This document shows positions 17,786 through 27,136 of a stretch of 50,122 nucleotides of DNA, piece by piece (the stretch's first letter is position 1; every line of letters begins with the position of its first letter). Under the pieces are notes generated by a model. That model made no database searches. It saw only the letters and a program-made list of their open reading frames with translations, and had not been told where the DNA came from. The DNA comes from Candidatus Kaiserbacteria bacterium (GTDB lineage: Bacteria; Patescibacteriota; Minisyncoccia; Phycocordibacterales; UBA2100). The stretch is taken from positions 1 through 50,122 of the forward strand of contig PLSR01000019.1 in assembly GCA_003164215.1 (NCBI GenBank), given 5' to 3'. The position numbers and the translations under genes were made by a program.

Positions 17786-18145
17786 ATGATAAAAAATATG
17801 AATACCTATTTTGTGCTATTTAGGATCCCGACGGAGAGCGTCGATGCGTGGATGAAAAATGTCACGCCGGAAGAACGCAAGAAGCAATCAGACGTCTTCA
17901 TGCAAGCGTGGCCGTTGTGGATGGAAAAATATAAAGACGCGATCGTTGATAAAGGTTCACCCTTAGGCAAGACGAAGACCGTCACCAAAGACGGCATCAA
18001 AGATTCACGCAACGACCTCAATTACTACATGTTGATCAAAGCGGATTCGCACGACGAGGCGGCGAAGGTCATCGCAAAAAATCCGCATATGCAGATCCCG
18101 ACATCGTACGTGGACGTCATGGAGATCCCGCACGGCGGGATGTAG
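17786..18145 (+). CDS. YCII-related domain protein
   Basis: VDKGSPLG..YYMLIKADSHDEAAKVIAKNPH. Confidence 0.7.
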   Translation: MIKNMNTYFVLFRIPTESVDAWMKNVTPEERKKQSDVFMQAWPLWMEKYKDAIVDKGSPLGKTKTVTKDGIKDSRNDLNYYMLIKADSHDEAAKVIAKNPHMQIPTSYVDVMEIPHGGM

Positions 18146-18150
18146 AGCAA

Positions 18151-18732
18151 TCACAACACGAACGGGATCAACATCTTCGTGCGGCTTTTGTATGCGGGAT
18201 ATTCGTTCGGAAATCGTTCCGCCATATGTCTCTCTTCGATCGGAGCGCTATAGAAAAAGTACGCACAGTAGATGAGGAGCGGGATGAACCAGAGCACGTC
18301 GATCGTTATGGTCGATCCGATCGCCGCGAGAATGACGCCCGCGTAGATCGGATGGCGAATGTATGCATACGGCCCTGTGGTCACGAGCTCCGGATGCTCT
18401 CGCTGTGTCATCGGCATTCCCCAATTCCTGCCAAGGTATACGCGCGCCCAGATGGCGAGTGCAATGCCCGCAGCGCATAGAATGAGGCCGAACGTGAGAA
18501 TGAATGGGCCCGACGTGGTCGATCCATAGTGACCGACACCGTTCAGTACGTGTTCCCCTGCATAAAAACGGAAATATATAAAGATGAAAATTGCGACGAT
18601 CAAGTAACGGATAGCGAGGCTCCGCTGTAACCGCGTGTTGCGGACGCTCTTTTTTGCCGTAAAGGCGGATACGAACCATACGAGTAGAAATACGATCCAG
18701 CAATATCCGGTAAGTGCAGCGTAGCTAAACAT
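18151..18732 (-). CDS. Isoprenylcysteine carboxyl methyltransferase/PEMT family protein
   Basis: LGRNW, LVTTGPYAYIRHPIY, EE..RFPNEY..Y. Confidence 0.9.
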   Translation of the reverse strand: MFSYAALTGYCWIVFLLVWFVSAFTAKKSVRNTRLQRSLAIRYLIVAIFIFIYFRFYAGEHVLNGVGHYGSTTSGPFILTFGLILCAAGIALAIWARVYLGRNWGMPMTQREHPELVTTGPYAYIRHPIYAGVILAAIGSTITIDVLWFIPLLIYCAYFFYSAPIEERHMAERFPNEYPAYKSRTKMLIPFVL

Positions 18733-18753
18733 AGGTGAAATATTGTGACGCGC

Positions 18754-18945
18754 TTAATGCCACTGGTAGATGTGCGCCGCGATATACATCGTGATCATGC
18801 CGATGAAAAATCCTCCGCAAAATATCGCGAAGATGTCGAAGCGAGCGATGTCCCAGAACCACGTTCCGCCAAGTATGATGATCCACGCAATGATAACCGC
18901 CGTCACGTAAACCCAGAGCGGCCGTTTCGCAGGCATTTCAAGCAT
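18754..18945 (-). CDS. Small two-TM membrane protein (paralog of 22388-22570)
   Basis: PLWVYV..W..IL..CGGF..GM..MYIA shared with the paralog. Confidence 0.75.
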   Translation of the reverse strand: MLEMPAKRPLWVYVTAVIIAWIIILGGTWFWDIARFDIFAIFCGGFFIGMITMYIAAHIYQWH

Positions 18946-18998
18946 GGCTAAATCGTATCATCGAATTGTGAAAGAAGAGTGAGTGCCGGCGCTACTAG

Positions 18999-19388
18999 CT
19001 AGGCTCTCGCCTCGATCTTGCGTCGGAGCACGATGGTTCCAAAGACGTGGTACACGATCAAGAGAGCAGCACCCGCGAGCATGCCGAGCACGGTCGCAAT
19101 TTCACTCATGGATACGAGCGGTTGCGCCGGCGCAGTGCCCATGAGCATCGCTTCGATGTATGGAGCGCCGAGTCCGATCGAATGTGCCGCCCAGAGCCCT
19201 ACTCCGGTGACGACCGCAAAAAGAACGGCATTCTGAAGCATCGACAGGAGTACCAGCTTTTGAAGAGACGCCTTGAGCGGTTTGCCGGACCCTTTCAGTA
19301 GTCGCAAACTATATGGCAGAACTGCCGTACTGCCGATCATGCAGGCAACGAACAGTATGCTGAATTCAAACCAGAAGTTGATAGTCAT
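18999..19388 (-). CDS. Membrane protein, possibly a truncated CPBP/Abi-family N-terminus
   Basis: Hydrophobic; IGLGAPYIE; no EExxxR motif. Confidence 0.5.
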   Translation of the reverse strand: MTINFWFEFSILFVACMIGSTAVLPYSLRLLKGSGKPLKASLQKLVLLSMLQNAVLFAVVTGVGLWAAHSIGLGAPYIEAMLMGTAPAQPLVSMSEIATVLGMLAGAALLIVYHVFGTIVLRRKIEARA

Positions 19389-19391
19389 CGT

Positions 19392-20009
19392 TTAGAGCAG
19401 GTGCGCAGCAACGAGCGCGATCCATATCCAGCCGATCGCAATGCAGAGCCGCTGCCACAAGCCGCCGTATGCGCCGAATCTCGGTCTGCCGCCGAAGCCG
19501 ATGCCGGCAAGCACAAAGCACAGAGCGAACGCGAGACCGGAGAGTATCGAATAGAGCGCCCACCCCCATTGCCCCGATCCGATAACGAGATGCGCGAAGA
19601 CGAAGAATGCTATGAAGAGTGCGAGAAAGACCGGCAAGGAAGAGAGGTCGTGGAAGATCCCGCTCTTTGTGCGTTTGACGATCACCCCTTTTTCTTTAGG
19701 TAGCCCCGTTACGTCAGTAGTGAAAAAGCCTGCGCCAATGAGACCGAGCGCATATATACCGATGAGTACCGGGAACCAGAAGGAACCACCATACGCGACG
19801 AGTGCCAAACGCAAACCGAACGCGCACGCAAACATGAGCACGCCGGTTATGAGAAAATTCGCCCGCTGTATCCAGCCGCGCGAACCGATCGCAAGCGCGC
19901 TCACGGGTTGGCGCATTGCATCATATCCGGGCCGTAGGAATCCTTCGATAAGAAAAATGATTATAAACAATGGGCCTGCAATCGCACCGCACAGTAGTAG
20001 GATTTGCAT
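19392..20009 (-). CDS. DUF998 membrane protein
   Basis: RPGYDAMRQPVSALAIG..GWIQ, GGLWQRL. Confidence 0.85.
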   Translation of the reverse strand: MQILLLCGAIAGPLFIIIFLIEGFLRPGYDAMRQPVSALAIGSRGWIQRANFLITGVLMFACAFGLRLALVAYGGSFWFPVLIGIYALGLIGAGFFTTDVTGLPKEKGVIVKRTKSGIFHDLSSLPVFLALFIAFFVFAHLVIGSGQWGWALYSILSGLAFALCFVLAGIGFGGRPRFGAYGGLWQRLCIAIGWIWIALVAAHLL

Positions 20010-20010
20010 A

Positions 20011-20400
20011 TTATTTAAAAGACCTCCATTTCAATCCAATATAAATCGCAAAGATGATCGCGAGCGCGGTGCCGATGATGATGGAAATATCCTGGAGGTA
20101 TGAAGTGAGCGGATAAAGTCCGGTCAAGACCAAAGCGATACGGCCGATGATAACAAGGATGAGGCATGCCATTGAAAGCTTTGCCGCCCACTTCTTCCTA
20201 GTGAAAAGAAGCAGCCCGCCGATAGCGTAGAGTCCGCCCACCGCCGCAGCTCCATAGGTGGCACGTGCGACAGTGTTGGTAGAAACGAGACCCAGAAAAT
20301 TATGCGTGAATCCTGTCGCTACCTCTGCCAGGCCAAAAATGATCATCAGTATCGCGACAAGCGTAATTCCCCACGGACGACTTTGATTTGATGTATCCAT
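20011..20400 (-). CDS. Hypothetical four-TM membrane protein
   Basis: Start MDTSNQSRPWGIT; hydrophobic segments; same-strand operon spacing. Confidence 0.7.
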   Translation of the reverse strand: MDTSNQSRPWGITLVAILMIIFGLAEVATGFTHNFLGLVSTNTVARATYGAAAVGGLYAIGGLLLFTRKKWAAKLSMACLILVIIGRIALVLTGLYPLTSYLQDISIIIGTALAIIFAIYIGLKWRSFK

Positions 20401-20408
20401 AAAATGAC

Positions 20409-21083
20409 TTACCACACGAACGGCACCAAGTGATACGTAACTTTCTTTTGGTATTCTGTATAGCCAACCAAATCTCGAGCGAGTAACTTTTCTTCGTCGA
20501 ACAATCGCACGACGAATCCTAGCATGATAAGCACCGCAGGGATGAGCGCCCAAAAGGAACCGAGCGCCAAAGCCATGCCGATGAAATACATCGAAGCCCC
20601 GGTGTACATCGGGTTCCGTACGATTGCGTAGGGGCCGGTGGAAATCACTTTTTGTTCTTTTATGACCTCCACGGTCGCCGAACCGAATGAGTTCGCTCTA
20701 AAGACACGATAGACCATCCACATGCTGAAGAGGATCAGGATGTCTCCGAATATGCTGAGCCACAGCGGTACGCTCGACCAGCCAAAACGATGGTCGAGCC
20801 CCGGGAGAATGAACATGGTGATGACAGGAATCATCAAGCACCATACGATGAATTTTTGGAATGGCCGCTGTTCTACAGTCGGTCCGATCTTACTCCTGCT
20901 CTCAAGAAGGATCGGGTCTTTCGCTATGTACAGCACGAGAGGAACGCTCGTCAGGATGCCGACCACGAAATACACCCACGCCTGCCAATAGTCGATCGTC
21001 CCTGCAGAGAGGAACAGCGCGAGAGCTATCGGGATAAAAGTCGCGACGAACTGCAACCACATTTTTGTCTTGGGGTTCTTCAT
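20409..21083 (-). CDS. Isoprenylcysteine carboxyl methyltransferase family protein
   Basis: LDHRFGWS, VISTGPYAIVRNPMY, EEKLL..Y..Y. Confidence 0.9.
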   Translation of the reverse strand: MKNPKTKMWLQFVATFIPIALALFLSAGTIDYWQAWVYFVVGILTSVPLVLYIAKDPILLESRSKIGPTVEQRPFQKFIVWCLMIPVITMFILPGLDHRFGWSSVPLWLSIFGDILILFSMWMVYRVFRANSFGSATVEVIKEQKVISTGPYAIVRNPMYTGASMYFIGMALALGSFWALIPAVLIMLGFVVRLFDEEKLLARDLVGYTEYQKKVTYHLVPFVW

Positions 21084-21106
21084 ACCGTAATGGTAGCACT
21101 TGACTA

Positions 21107-21790
21107 CTAACTCGATCGGCTCGGGCTCGGCGGCGCGAGTTGTATCTGCCTGGCAAGATCGTAGGCATTAGGAAGATCGCTGTCGTCACTCACGAACACT
21201 CGTCCTATAACGAGCACTGAATTGTTCGGCGAAGAGATCTGTTTCATTCCCTGCGGCACGGTTCCTTTCGAGCCGGGGCCACTGATGAGGTAGTCGCCGG
21301 CTTTGGTTCCCGTGGTGCGTTTTCCGACGTAGGCGAAATTAGTGCCGTCGGATGGGTCGGTGAACTGCACTGCGTAATATCGGCCGGCCATGTCCGGCAC
21401 ATGCAGGACCTGTGATCCTTTGGAGAGGTCGAGACAACCGACGGTATAGAGCGTGTCGAGATTTGTGCCATAGCTCATGAGCGGTGAACTTCCGGGCGGC
21501 AGTGTTACATGGAGCGGGTCGGCAAAGAGCGCTTGCGGCTGTGTATAAAGTGTATTGATCTGAATGGGGCCGTCGCCAAAACCTTTAACGAGCGCCGCTT
21601 TCTTGTACACGCCCAAAATGAGGCGCGGCCAAAAGTAGATAAAGAGAAATGTGGCCGTCGGCCATACGATGACTGCCGCCACAGCGAGCGGCATGATCCC
21701 GGTAGATAGGTGTTGATAGACCACCCAGGCGAGGAGCATCAGAAGGGCGAATGTAAGCGGGTATGCATATTTCAGAATAAGTTTGTTCAT
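21107..21790 (-). CDS. DUF1254 domain protein
   Basis: NLDTLY, LHVPDMAGRYY, VGKRTTGT..YLISGP. Confidence 0.85.
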   Translation of the reverse strand: MNKLILKYAYPLTFALLMLLAWVVYQHLSTGIMPLAVAAVIVWPTATFLFIYFWPRLILGVYKKAALVKGFGDGPIQINTLYTQPQALFADPLHVTLPPGSSPLMSYGTNLDTLYTVGCLDLSKGSQVLHVPDMAGRYYAVQFTDPSDGTNFAYVGKRTTGTKAGDYLISGPGSKGTVPQGMKQISSPNNSVLVIGRVFVSDDSDLPNAYDLARQIQLAPPSPSRSS

Positions 21791-21791
21791 A

Positions 21792-22364
21792 TCAATTTAC
21801 TTTGACGACCGGCGGCACTTGGTACAAGCCGTTGAGGATTGCCGCACCGGGTATATACACGCGTAGCCAGAGTATGAATCTGCCGGAGGGAGTGGGCAGC
21901 CAGTTGGATTCATGACCTGCCGGAGCGGATCTTTGGAGGTAAATGTCAGTCGAGCCGTCGGGATTTTGCACGAGGCCGGAGCGGTCGCCGACGAAGTATC
22001 GATCGATCGGATTCTCTACGAAGTCATTTTTTGCATCACTCATCGTCAGCGACCAGAATGCATCGTTGGGCGGCAGACCACCCGACGGGAAGTGCATAAT
22101 GTAGTTGCCCGCACCTGCGACGCTCGTCGTCCAATACATCGCCTCTTCCGGTACGTTTATGGGGCCGGGAAACAGTCGGTAGCTTGCAGCTCGCAGCAAT
22201 ATGCCGTTGCCGGGCACGCCGAATCCGTACATGGTGCGCCAGCCATTGATCTTCGTTACTTTGGTACGCGCGAGAACTTGGAACGTGATGAACGCCAACA
22301 CGGCGCCGATAATGATCCCCTGCACAACGCCGGAGGATGAAAGCCATGCGAGGATATTTGTCAT
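21792..22364 (-). CDS. DUF1214 domain protein
   Basis: EEAMY, PPNDAFWSLTM, DGSTDIY, NWLPTP, LRVYIP. Confidence 0.85.
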   Translation of the reverse strand: MTNILAWLSSSGVVQGIIIGAVLAFITFQVLARTKVTKINGWRTMYGFGVPGNGILLRAASYRLFPGPINVPEEAMYWTTSVAGAGNYIMHFPSGGLPPNDAFWSLTMSDAKNDFVENPIDRYFVGDRSGLVQNPDGSTDIYLQRSAPAGHESNWLPTPSGRFILWLRVYIPGAAILNGLYQVPPVVKVN

Positions 22365-22387
22365 GTCTTGAGCATACGGGCCATAAT

Positions 22388-22570
22388 TTATTTCCATCGA
22401 TACAGGTGCACGGCGATGTACATCGCGAGCATTCCGAGGGCGAAACCTCCACATACTGAGACGACTTTATCAAAGGGTGTCCAGATGATCCCGAACCATG
22501 AAAGACCGAGAATGATCGCCCATACAACAGCAACTCCGATCACGTATACATACAGTGGGAGTTTGTTCAT
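22388..22570 (-). CDS. Small two-TM membrane protein (paralog of 18754-18945)
   Basis: Clear similarity to 18754-18945. Confidence 0.75.
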   Translation of the reverse strand: MNKLPLYVYVIGVAVVWAIILGLSWFGIIWTPFDKVVSVCGGFALGMLAMYIAVHLYRWK

Positions 22571-22604
22571 GAGAACATCATATCAACCTTGCTATGATGA
22601 ATCC

Positions 22605-22709
22605 ATGAAGAATTGGTACTCATGGGGCACGCCAACAGGGTTGGGCTTTTGGCTCATCGCCTGCGGGCTGTTCCTCCTACTCCTGCACTACGCCGGGATC
22701 TTCCCCTGA
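22605..22709 (+). CDS. 34-aa small membrane protein
   Basis: MKNWYSWGTPTGLGFWLIACGLFLLLLHYAGIFP; TGcTATGAT 6 nt upstream. Confidence 0.55.
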   Translation: MKNWYSWGTPTGLGFWLIACGLFLLLLHYAGIFP

Positions 22710-22782
22710 GCTATGAACGTGATCGTCTCCTTCTCGCGGCGTGCGTAGGCACGCCGCTCGCGCTCTTCTTCACTTCGTTCTG

Positions 22783-22855
22783 GGCGGTCGCAGGGAATCG
22801 AACCCTGATCGAGAGCTCCACAAGCTCCAGTGTTAACCGTTACACCACGATCGCC
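22783..22855 (-). tRNA. tRNA-His(GTG) with G-1
   Basis: Cloverleaf; anticodon loop TTGTGGA; GGTTCGATTCC. Confidence 0.93.
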
Positions 22856-22908
22856 ATACTGCTGACCTGTGCTTTATAACAAATAAGCAGCTCCTACGCG
22901 AGAACTTT

Positions 22909-24006
22909 TCACTTGCTCGTGACGACGAGTGTCGGCTCCGTCGATACCTCGACCACACTGAAAGTGACGCGTCCGATGAGCTGGCCGTATTGTGTGATGA
23001 CGTTGACCCGCCAATCCCCTGCCGTCACATTGTCCTTCACCGTATATCCTTCATACCCCGCGCCGCGACCACCGAGGATAGGGAAAGTCAGCGTATCGGT
23101 CGTCACCCACTTGCCGCTTTCATTTTGTTGCCATTGATACTCGATCGTCGTCGAGAGATCATTCGGCGCGAAGATCGCGGTGTACACGTAGACTGGGTCC
23201 CCCGGCACCTGATGGAAGACGTCGTTATAGTTCAGGTATGCCTCGTACCACGGGAGAACTTCACCCGTGAGCTGATAGGTGCCGTCGGATTGATGGATCA
23301 CGCTGTGGTAGACGCCCGCATCTTTGATCGCGAGCGGCAGCGGCGGAATGAGATTGCCGAAGTAGAGCACGTTGAACACGATGTAAATGATCGCTATAGA
23401 GCGTGCGACGCGCGTGCGATTCTTCTTCACGATCTCAGGCACGAGCCGATAGAGCCCCATCAATAATATGGTGATGACAGCCAAACTGACCCCGCCGCTG
23501 ATGAGGAACATCTGCGGACCGATCTGGTGAAAGGCGACCGGCAGGTAGAAGATGAGGAACGAAAAGAGCGAGCCAAAGTAGAGCGAGATCTGGAACGGAA
23601 AATGCGAATAGAAACGCATGAAGCGTTCATTGCCCAAGAGGAGCGCCGCGAGCGCAATGACGAAGATCCAGCTCGTCGCCAGAGACGCGCTACGGCTATA
23701 GAGCGAAAGATAGCCGCTAAAGAGGCCGCCGAACGCGAACTGCATGAAGATCGATATCACGGGGGCAAAGCGTACTATCTTGAGATTTTTTACGCGCCCT
23801 GCCATGATGAGATTGATGGCAACGATGCCAAAGGCGCAGATGAGCAAATAAAATAAGAGGAGCAGATTAGTGCGCAAGAGATCGACGCGCTTCGTCAAAA
23901 AAAGATTGTCTGAAAGAAATCCCGCGACGAGCGAGAGCGGCGAGACGTAGTGCTGATACCACAGCACCATTTCCTCAACACTTTTGGGAAAGTACTTGCG
24001 GGCCAT
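22909..24006 (-). CDS. DUF2914-type membrane protein
   Basis: Multi-TM N-terminus; VYVYTAIFAP..GGRGAGYEGYT..GDWRVNV C-terminal domain. Confidence 0.8.
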   Translation of the reverse strand: MARKYFPKSVEEMVLWYQHYVSPLSLVAGFLSDNLFLTKRVDLLRTNLLLLFYLLICAFGIVAINLIMAGRVKNLKIVRFAPVISIFMQFAFGGLFSGYLSLYSRSASLATSWIFVIALAALLLGNERFMRFYSHFPFQISLYFGSLFSFLIFYLPVAFHQIGPQMFLISGGVSLAVITILLMGLYRLVPEIVKKNRTRVARSIAIIYIVFNVLYFGNLIPPLPLAIKDAGVYHSVIHQSDGTYQLTGEVLPWYEAYLNYNDVFHQVPGDPVYVYTAIFAPNDLSTTIEYQWQQNESGKWVTTDTLTFPILGGRGAGYEGYTVKDNVTAGDWRVNVITQYGQLIGRVTFSVVEVSTEPTLVVTSK

Positions 24007-24146
24007 GGGTGAATAATAGCAGTTGTTTATGAAGATGCGGCCTTAATAACAGAACAGATCGAGAGACATGCTTTCGGTCTGACCGTTTTTGTACAATCTC
24101 GCAAATAAAGTTTGAATCTCTCGCTTTGAATACTTCTTCAAAACCG

Positions 24147-24644
24147 CTATGGAACGTAGACAATAGATTTAATTGCGTAAGGAGTATAGAAATTTCTATC
24201 TTTCGCTGACAAATGAGTACCAAGTGTAGCTAATGCTTCATTGAATTGAGTGACATTGCTTGCAATGCAGTGAGCGACATTTTCAAAATCATCTCGAGAA
24301 GTCGTGCGAGCAAGAACATCGATTTCAAAGGGCCCATTGCCCACCGGCACAGTTTCGATAGGAGTCTCTGGCTGAGACGAAGTCGGATAATTTGGAATAA
24401 TATAGTTCGACAAAAGACGCCCATTGTAGTTGAAATCAAAAGACATCGCATCCCCCTCGAGCCAATTCGGGTTAACGTTGAGTACAAGCGATACTCCGCA
24501 CGAGGATGCATACAGCGTTTCATTTATTTGCTTCGGTTGCGATGAGTTCGACGACTTTACAGTGAACACGAGCACGACCACGATACCAACAACTAATAGC
24601 AATATTACTAGTAGCACCCGCGAAATAACCTTAAGGGTTTTCAT
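24147..24644 (-). CDS. Hypothetical membrane-anchored protein (AT-rich)
   Basis: N-terminal TM; lower GC than flanks; 3' of tRNA-Leu. Confidence 0.6.
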   Translation of the reverse strand: MKTLKVISRVLLVILLLVVGIVVVLVFTVKSSNSSQPKQINETLYASSCGVSLVLNVNPNWLEGDAMSFDFNYNGRLLSNYIIPNYPTSSQPETPIETVPVGNGPFEIDVLARTTSRDDFENVAHCIASNVTQFNEALATLGTHLSAKDRNFYTPYAIKSIVYVP

Positions 24645-24747
24645 GAAAACAACTCTATAATGGCACAAAGAAAATTACTACTCGCGGGTTGGGATAAGAA
24701 ACCGCCCCTGAGAAACTAAAACCTAGGGCCATGACTCTTCTCTGTTG

Positions 24748-24831
24748 TGCCCGGGAGAGGACTCGAACCTCCACGCCCTTACGGGCTATTCCACCTCAAG
24801 GAATAATGTCTACCAATTTCAACACCCGGGC
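24748..24831 (-). tRNA. tRNA-Leu(GAG)
   Basis: GCCCGGG acceptor, loop TTGAGGT, long variable arm. Confidence 0.95.
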
Positions 24832-24862
24832 ATACTTTTGTCAAGAGCTATAAAAATTGCAG

Positions 24863-25534
24863 CTAGAGACGCTCCCCTACTATACGCAACATTTCCTCTA
24901 TTTTCAATCGTTTGCGCGAGAGACAGGGCACTTTCCGCGTGTGGTACATCTTTCGCAGTAGTTTCAATGAATCAGCTTTCGCGTATTTGAGTTGAAAGAA
25001 CACGCTGGCTTTTCCGCTCCGCGTGATATGTCATCGTATTTTGAGTCGCGCATAAATTTCCCTTCGCAACCAAAGAATATGCGCTTCACTGGCAGAAACA
25101 AACGCGGTGTAGAACATAAAACTCGATCGCCATCGGGGATCAAAATATGAGTAGGTTGAACCGTCTCCATCAAAAGAACCCCGAAGAAAATCAAAGAAGT
25201 ACTCAGCTGGGATATTTACCTTTCCTATGAGTTTCGATTTGTTGGACATTAAACCAATTAGCTCAAGGAATCGATAGAAGAGAACGTCGCTGAATTGCGA
25301 CACAAAATAATGCTTCGTTTTTGAGAAATTATTCGCTTTTTTGCCAATATGGATGACGATATCGAGAGACTTTTGGAACAGCCGGATCATCTCTAGATCT
25401 TTCGAAGTGAAGTTGATATGCCGACCGTCTGGAGAAAGGTTCCCATCAGAAACAATAAGGCCGACCGCATACGCGAAATTCGGCGACCACTGAATATTCA
25501 CTCTCCCTTTAGGTTTTGGACCCCTGACCCCCAT
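24863..25534 (-). pseudogene. LAGLIDADG homing endonuclease-like gene interrupted by an in-frame TGA at 25031-25033
   Basis: YAVGLIVSDG and FLRGSFDGDG motifs; frame continues 55 codons past the TGA to TAG at 24863. Confidence 0.8.
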
Positions 25535-25580
25535 CGCGGATAATTATATCATTCCGCGGCAGGACTATTCGTTTCTAGCT

Positions 25581-26009
25581 TTAGGCAACTGCCTCTTCTG
25601 AAACAACTTCTTCAGTAGGAGTTTCCTCGACGGCAGCATCCGCCGATGCGTGCACGGTGCGTGTACGGCGGAGCATGCGGCGCGCCTCGCGCGCGACCTT
25701 CTCACGAATGTAGTAGAGCTTGGCGCGGCGGACGCGGCTACGCTTTATGATCTCGATACTGTCGATCATCGGTGAATACAACGGGAAGATCTTCTCAACG
25801 CCCACACCGGAAGCGACGCGGCGTACCGTAAAGGTGCCACCGGCCTCGGTGCCGTGCTTGCGGGCCAAAACGAGTCCTTCAAATGCTTGGAGGCGGTATT
25901 TGCCCTTTTCCTCGATCTTCTGCCACACACGGACGGAGTCGCCGGCGCGCAGATCAAGCCCTTTGCGGGCTTCCATGTCGATCGGTGAAGTTGTAACCTT
26001 GTTTGTCAT
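25581..26009 (-). CDS. rplS: 50S ribosomal protein L19
   Basis: GDSVRV, RLQAFEG, GVEKIFP, VRRAKLYY. Confidence 0.98.
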   Translation of the reverse strand: MTNKVTTSPIDMEARKGLDLRAGDSVRVWQKIEEKGKYRLQAFEGLVLARKHGTEAGGTFTVRRVASGVGVEKIFPLYSPMIDSIEIIKRSRVRRAKLYYIREKVAREARRMLRRTRTVHASADAAVEETPTEEVVSEEAVA

Positions 26010-26074
26010 ACGTGGCGGGCACTATAGCATTGCTTCGTTCGATGGGCAAATCCGGTGCTTCATTTGCGCTACAT

Positions 26075-27136
26075 TTACGCGTTTACTTCGGGAACAAGCA
26101 GATCAATGAGCCCCAGAAGGAATGCTTTGGTCTTATCGGGAACAGTTAGCTTTTGTGCGACTTTTCGGGCATCGGAAATATACGTTGTAATGTGATCGAG
26201 CACATACGCACGAGCATCGGTCGAGTTAATGATGTCGAGAGCTTCCTGTATTTGTGCCGCAGTCAGCTGGTCCGGCAGTGAATACAATTCCTTCAGTCGC
26301 GACTTCTTTTTGCCACTCACATGCGCGTATGCATACAAGAACGGCAACGTGCGCTTGTGCTCACGAATGTCGCTCTGTGGATCCTTGCCGGTCTCCGCCG
26401 TCGTGCTCCATACTGAGTGATAGTCATCGGCCATTTGGAACGCCGTGCCGAGTGAGTTGCTGAAGCGGCGCAAATTCGTGAGTTCTTTCGCGTTCTTCCC
26501 CGCTGCGATTCCAGCGGCCTCTGCCGCGATTCGAACTAAGGCGCCGGTCTTCTTCCCTGTCATGAGGATATATCGCTCCTCGGAGACGAGCCTTGAGCCG
26601 ATGGGCGCGGTCGCCATTTCAAAATCTAAATGTTGGCCTTCAATGACTTCGATGAAGGTGTCAGTGAGCGCCTTCGAAAGTTTCGCACCGACCTTGGGCA
26701 CTAATGCCGCGCGCGCAATACGCTCGGCGACAAGCAGATTCTGTGCGTCGCCCGAGTTGATCGCGTCGTTGATGCCCCACAGTTTCCAGACCGTTGGCTT
26801 GCCGCGGCGCGTTTCGTCGCGATCCTCCACATCGTCATGTATCAGCGTAAAATTATGGAAGAGTTCGATCGCGACAGCTGCGTCGAATGCGCGCGCGCGC
26901 GCTTTATACGCATCGGCGATGATGAGACACATGCCGGAACGGAATCGTTTTCCGGAATGCCGCCTGACCGGTTTGAGGTGCTCGTCCACATATCCCATGA
27001 AATAACCGAGCATGCCGTACATGCGCGCGGTCGGACCTTTTGCGCGTCCGGCGAAGGAATGGGCGATCTCCATATCAATGGCGGCGCTCGCCTTTCGCAA
27101 TATCACGTCGGATTCTGCAGTAGTTAATTTTTTCAT
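26075..27136 (-). CDS. Polyprenyl diphosphate synthase
   Basis: GKRFR, LIHDDVED, FQMADD. Confidence 0.93.
   Translation of the reverse strand: MKKLTTAESDVILRKASAAIDMEIAHSFAGRAKGPTARMYGMLGYFMGYVDEHLKPVRRHSGKRFRSGMCLIIADAYKARARAFDAAVAIELFHNFTLIHDDVEDRDETRRGKPTVWKLWGINDAINSGDAQNLLVAERIARAALVPKVGAKLSKALTDTFIEVIEGQHLDFEMATAPIGSRLVSEERYILMTGKKTGALVRIAAEAAGIAAGKNAKELTNLRRFSNSLGTAFQMADDYHSVWSTTAETGKDPQSDIREHKRTLPFLYAYAHVSGKKKSRLKELYSLPDQLTAAQIQEALDIINSTDARAYVLDHITTYISDARKVAQKLTVPDKTKAFLLGLIDLLVPEVNA

Noticed and set aside
15600-22783. Integrated element at tRNA-His
   Set aside because: No integrase and no duplicated tRNA 3' end found; only an accessory-looking gene set
25031-25033. Genome-wide UGA=Gly recoding (code 25)
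   Set aside because: Conserved genes (uppS, ruvA, ECF sigma) end at TGA at the expected lengths, overlapping the next gene start
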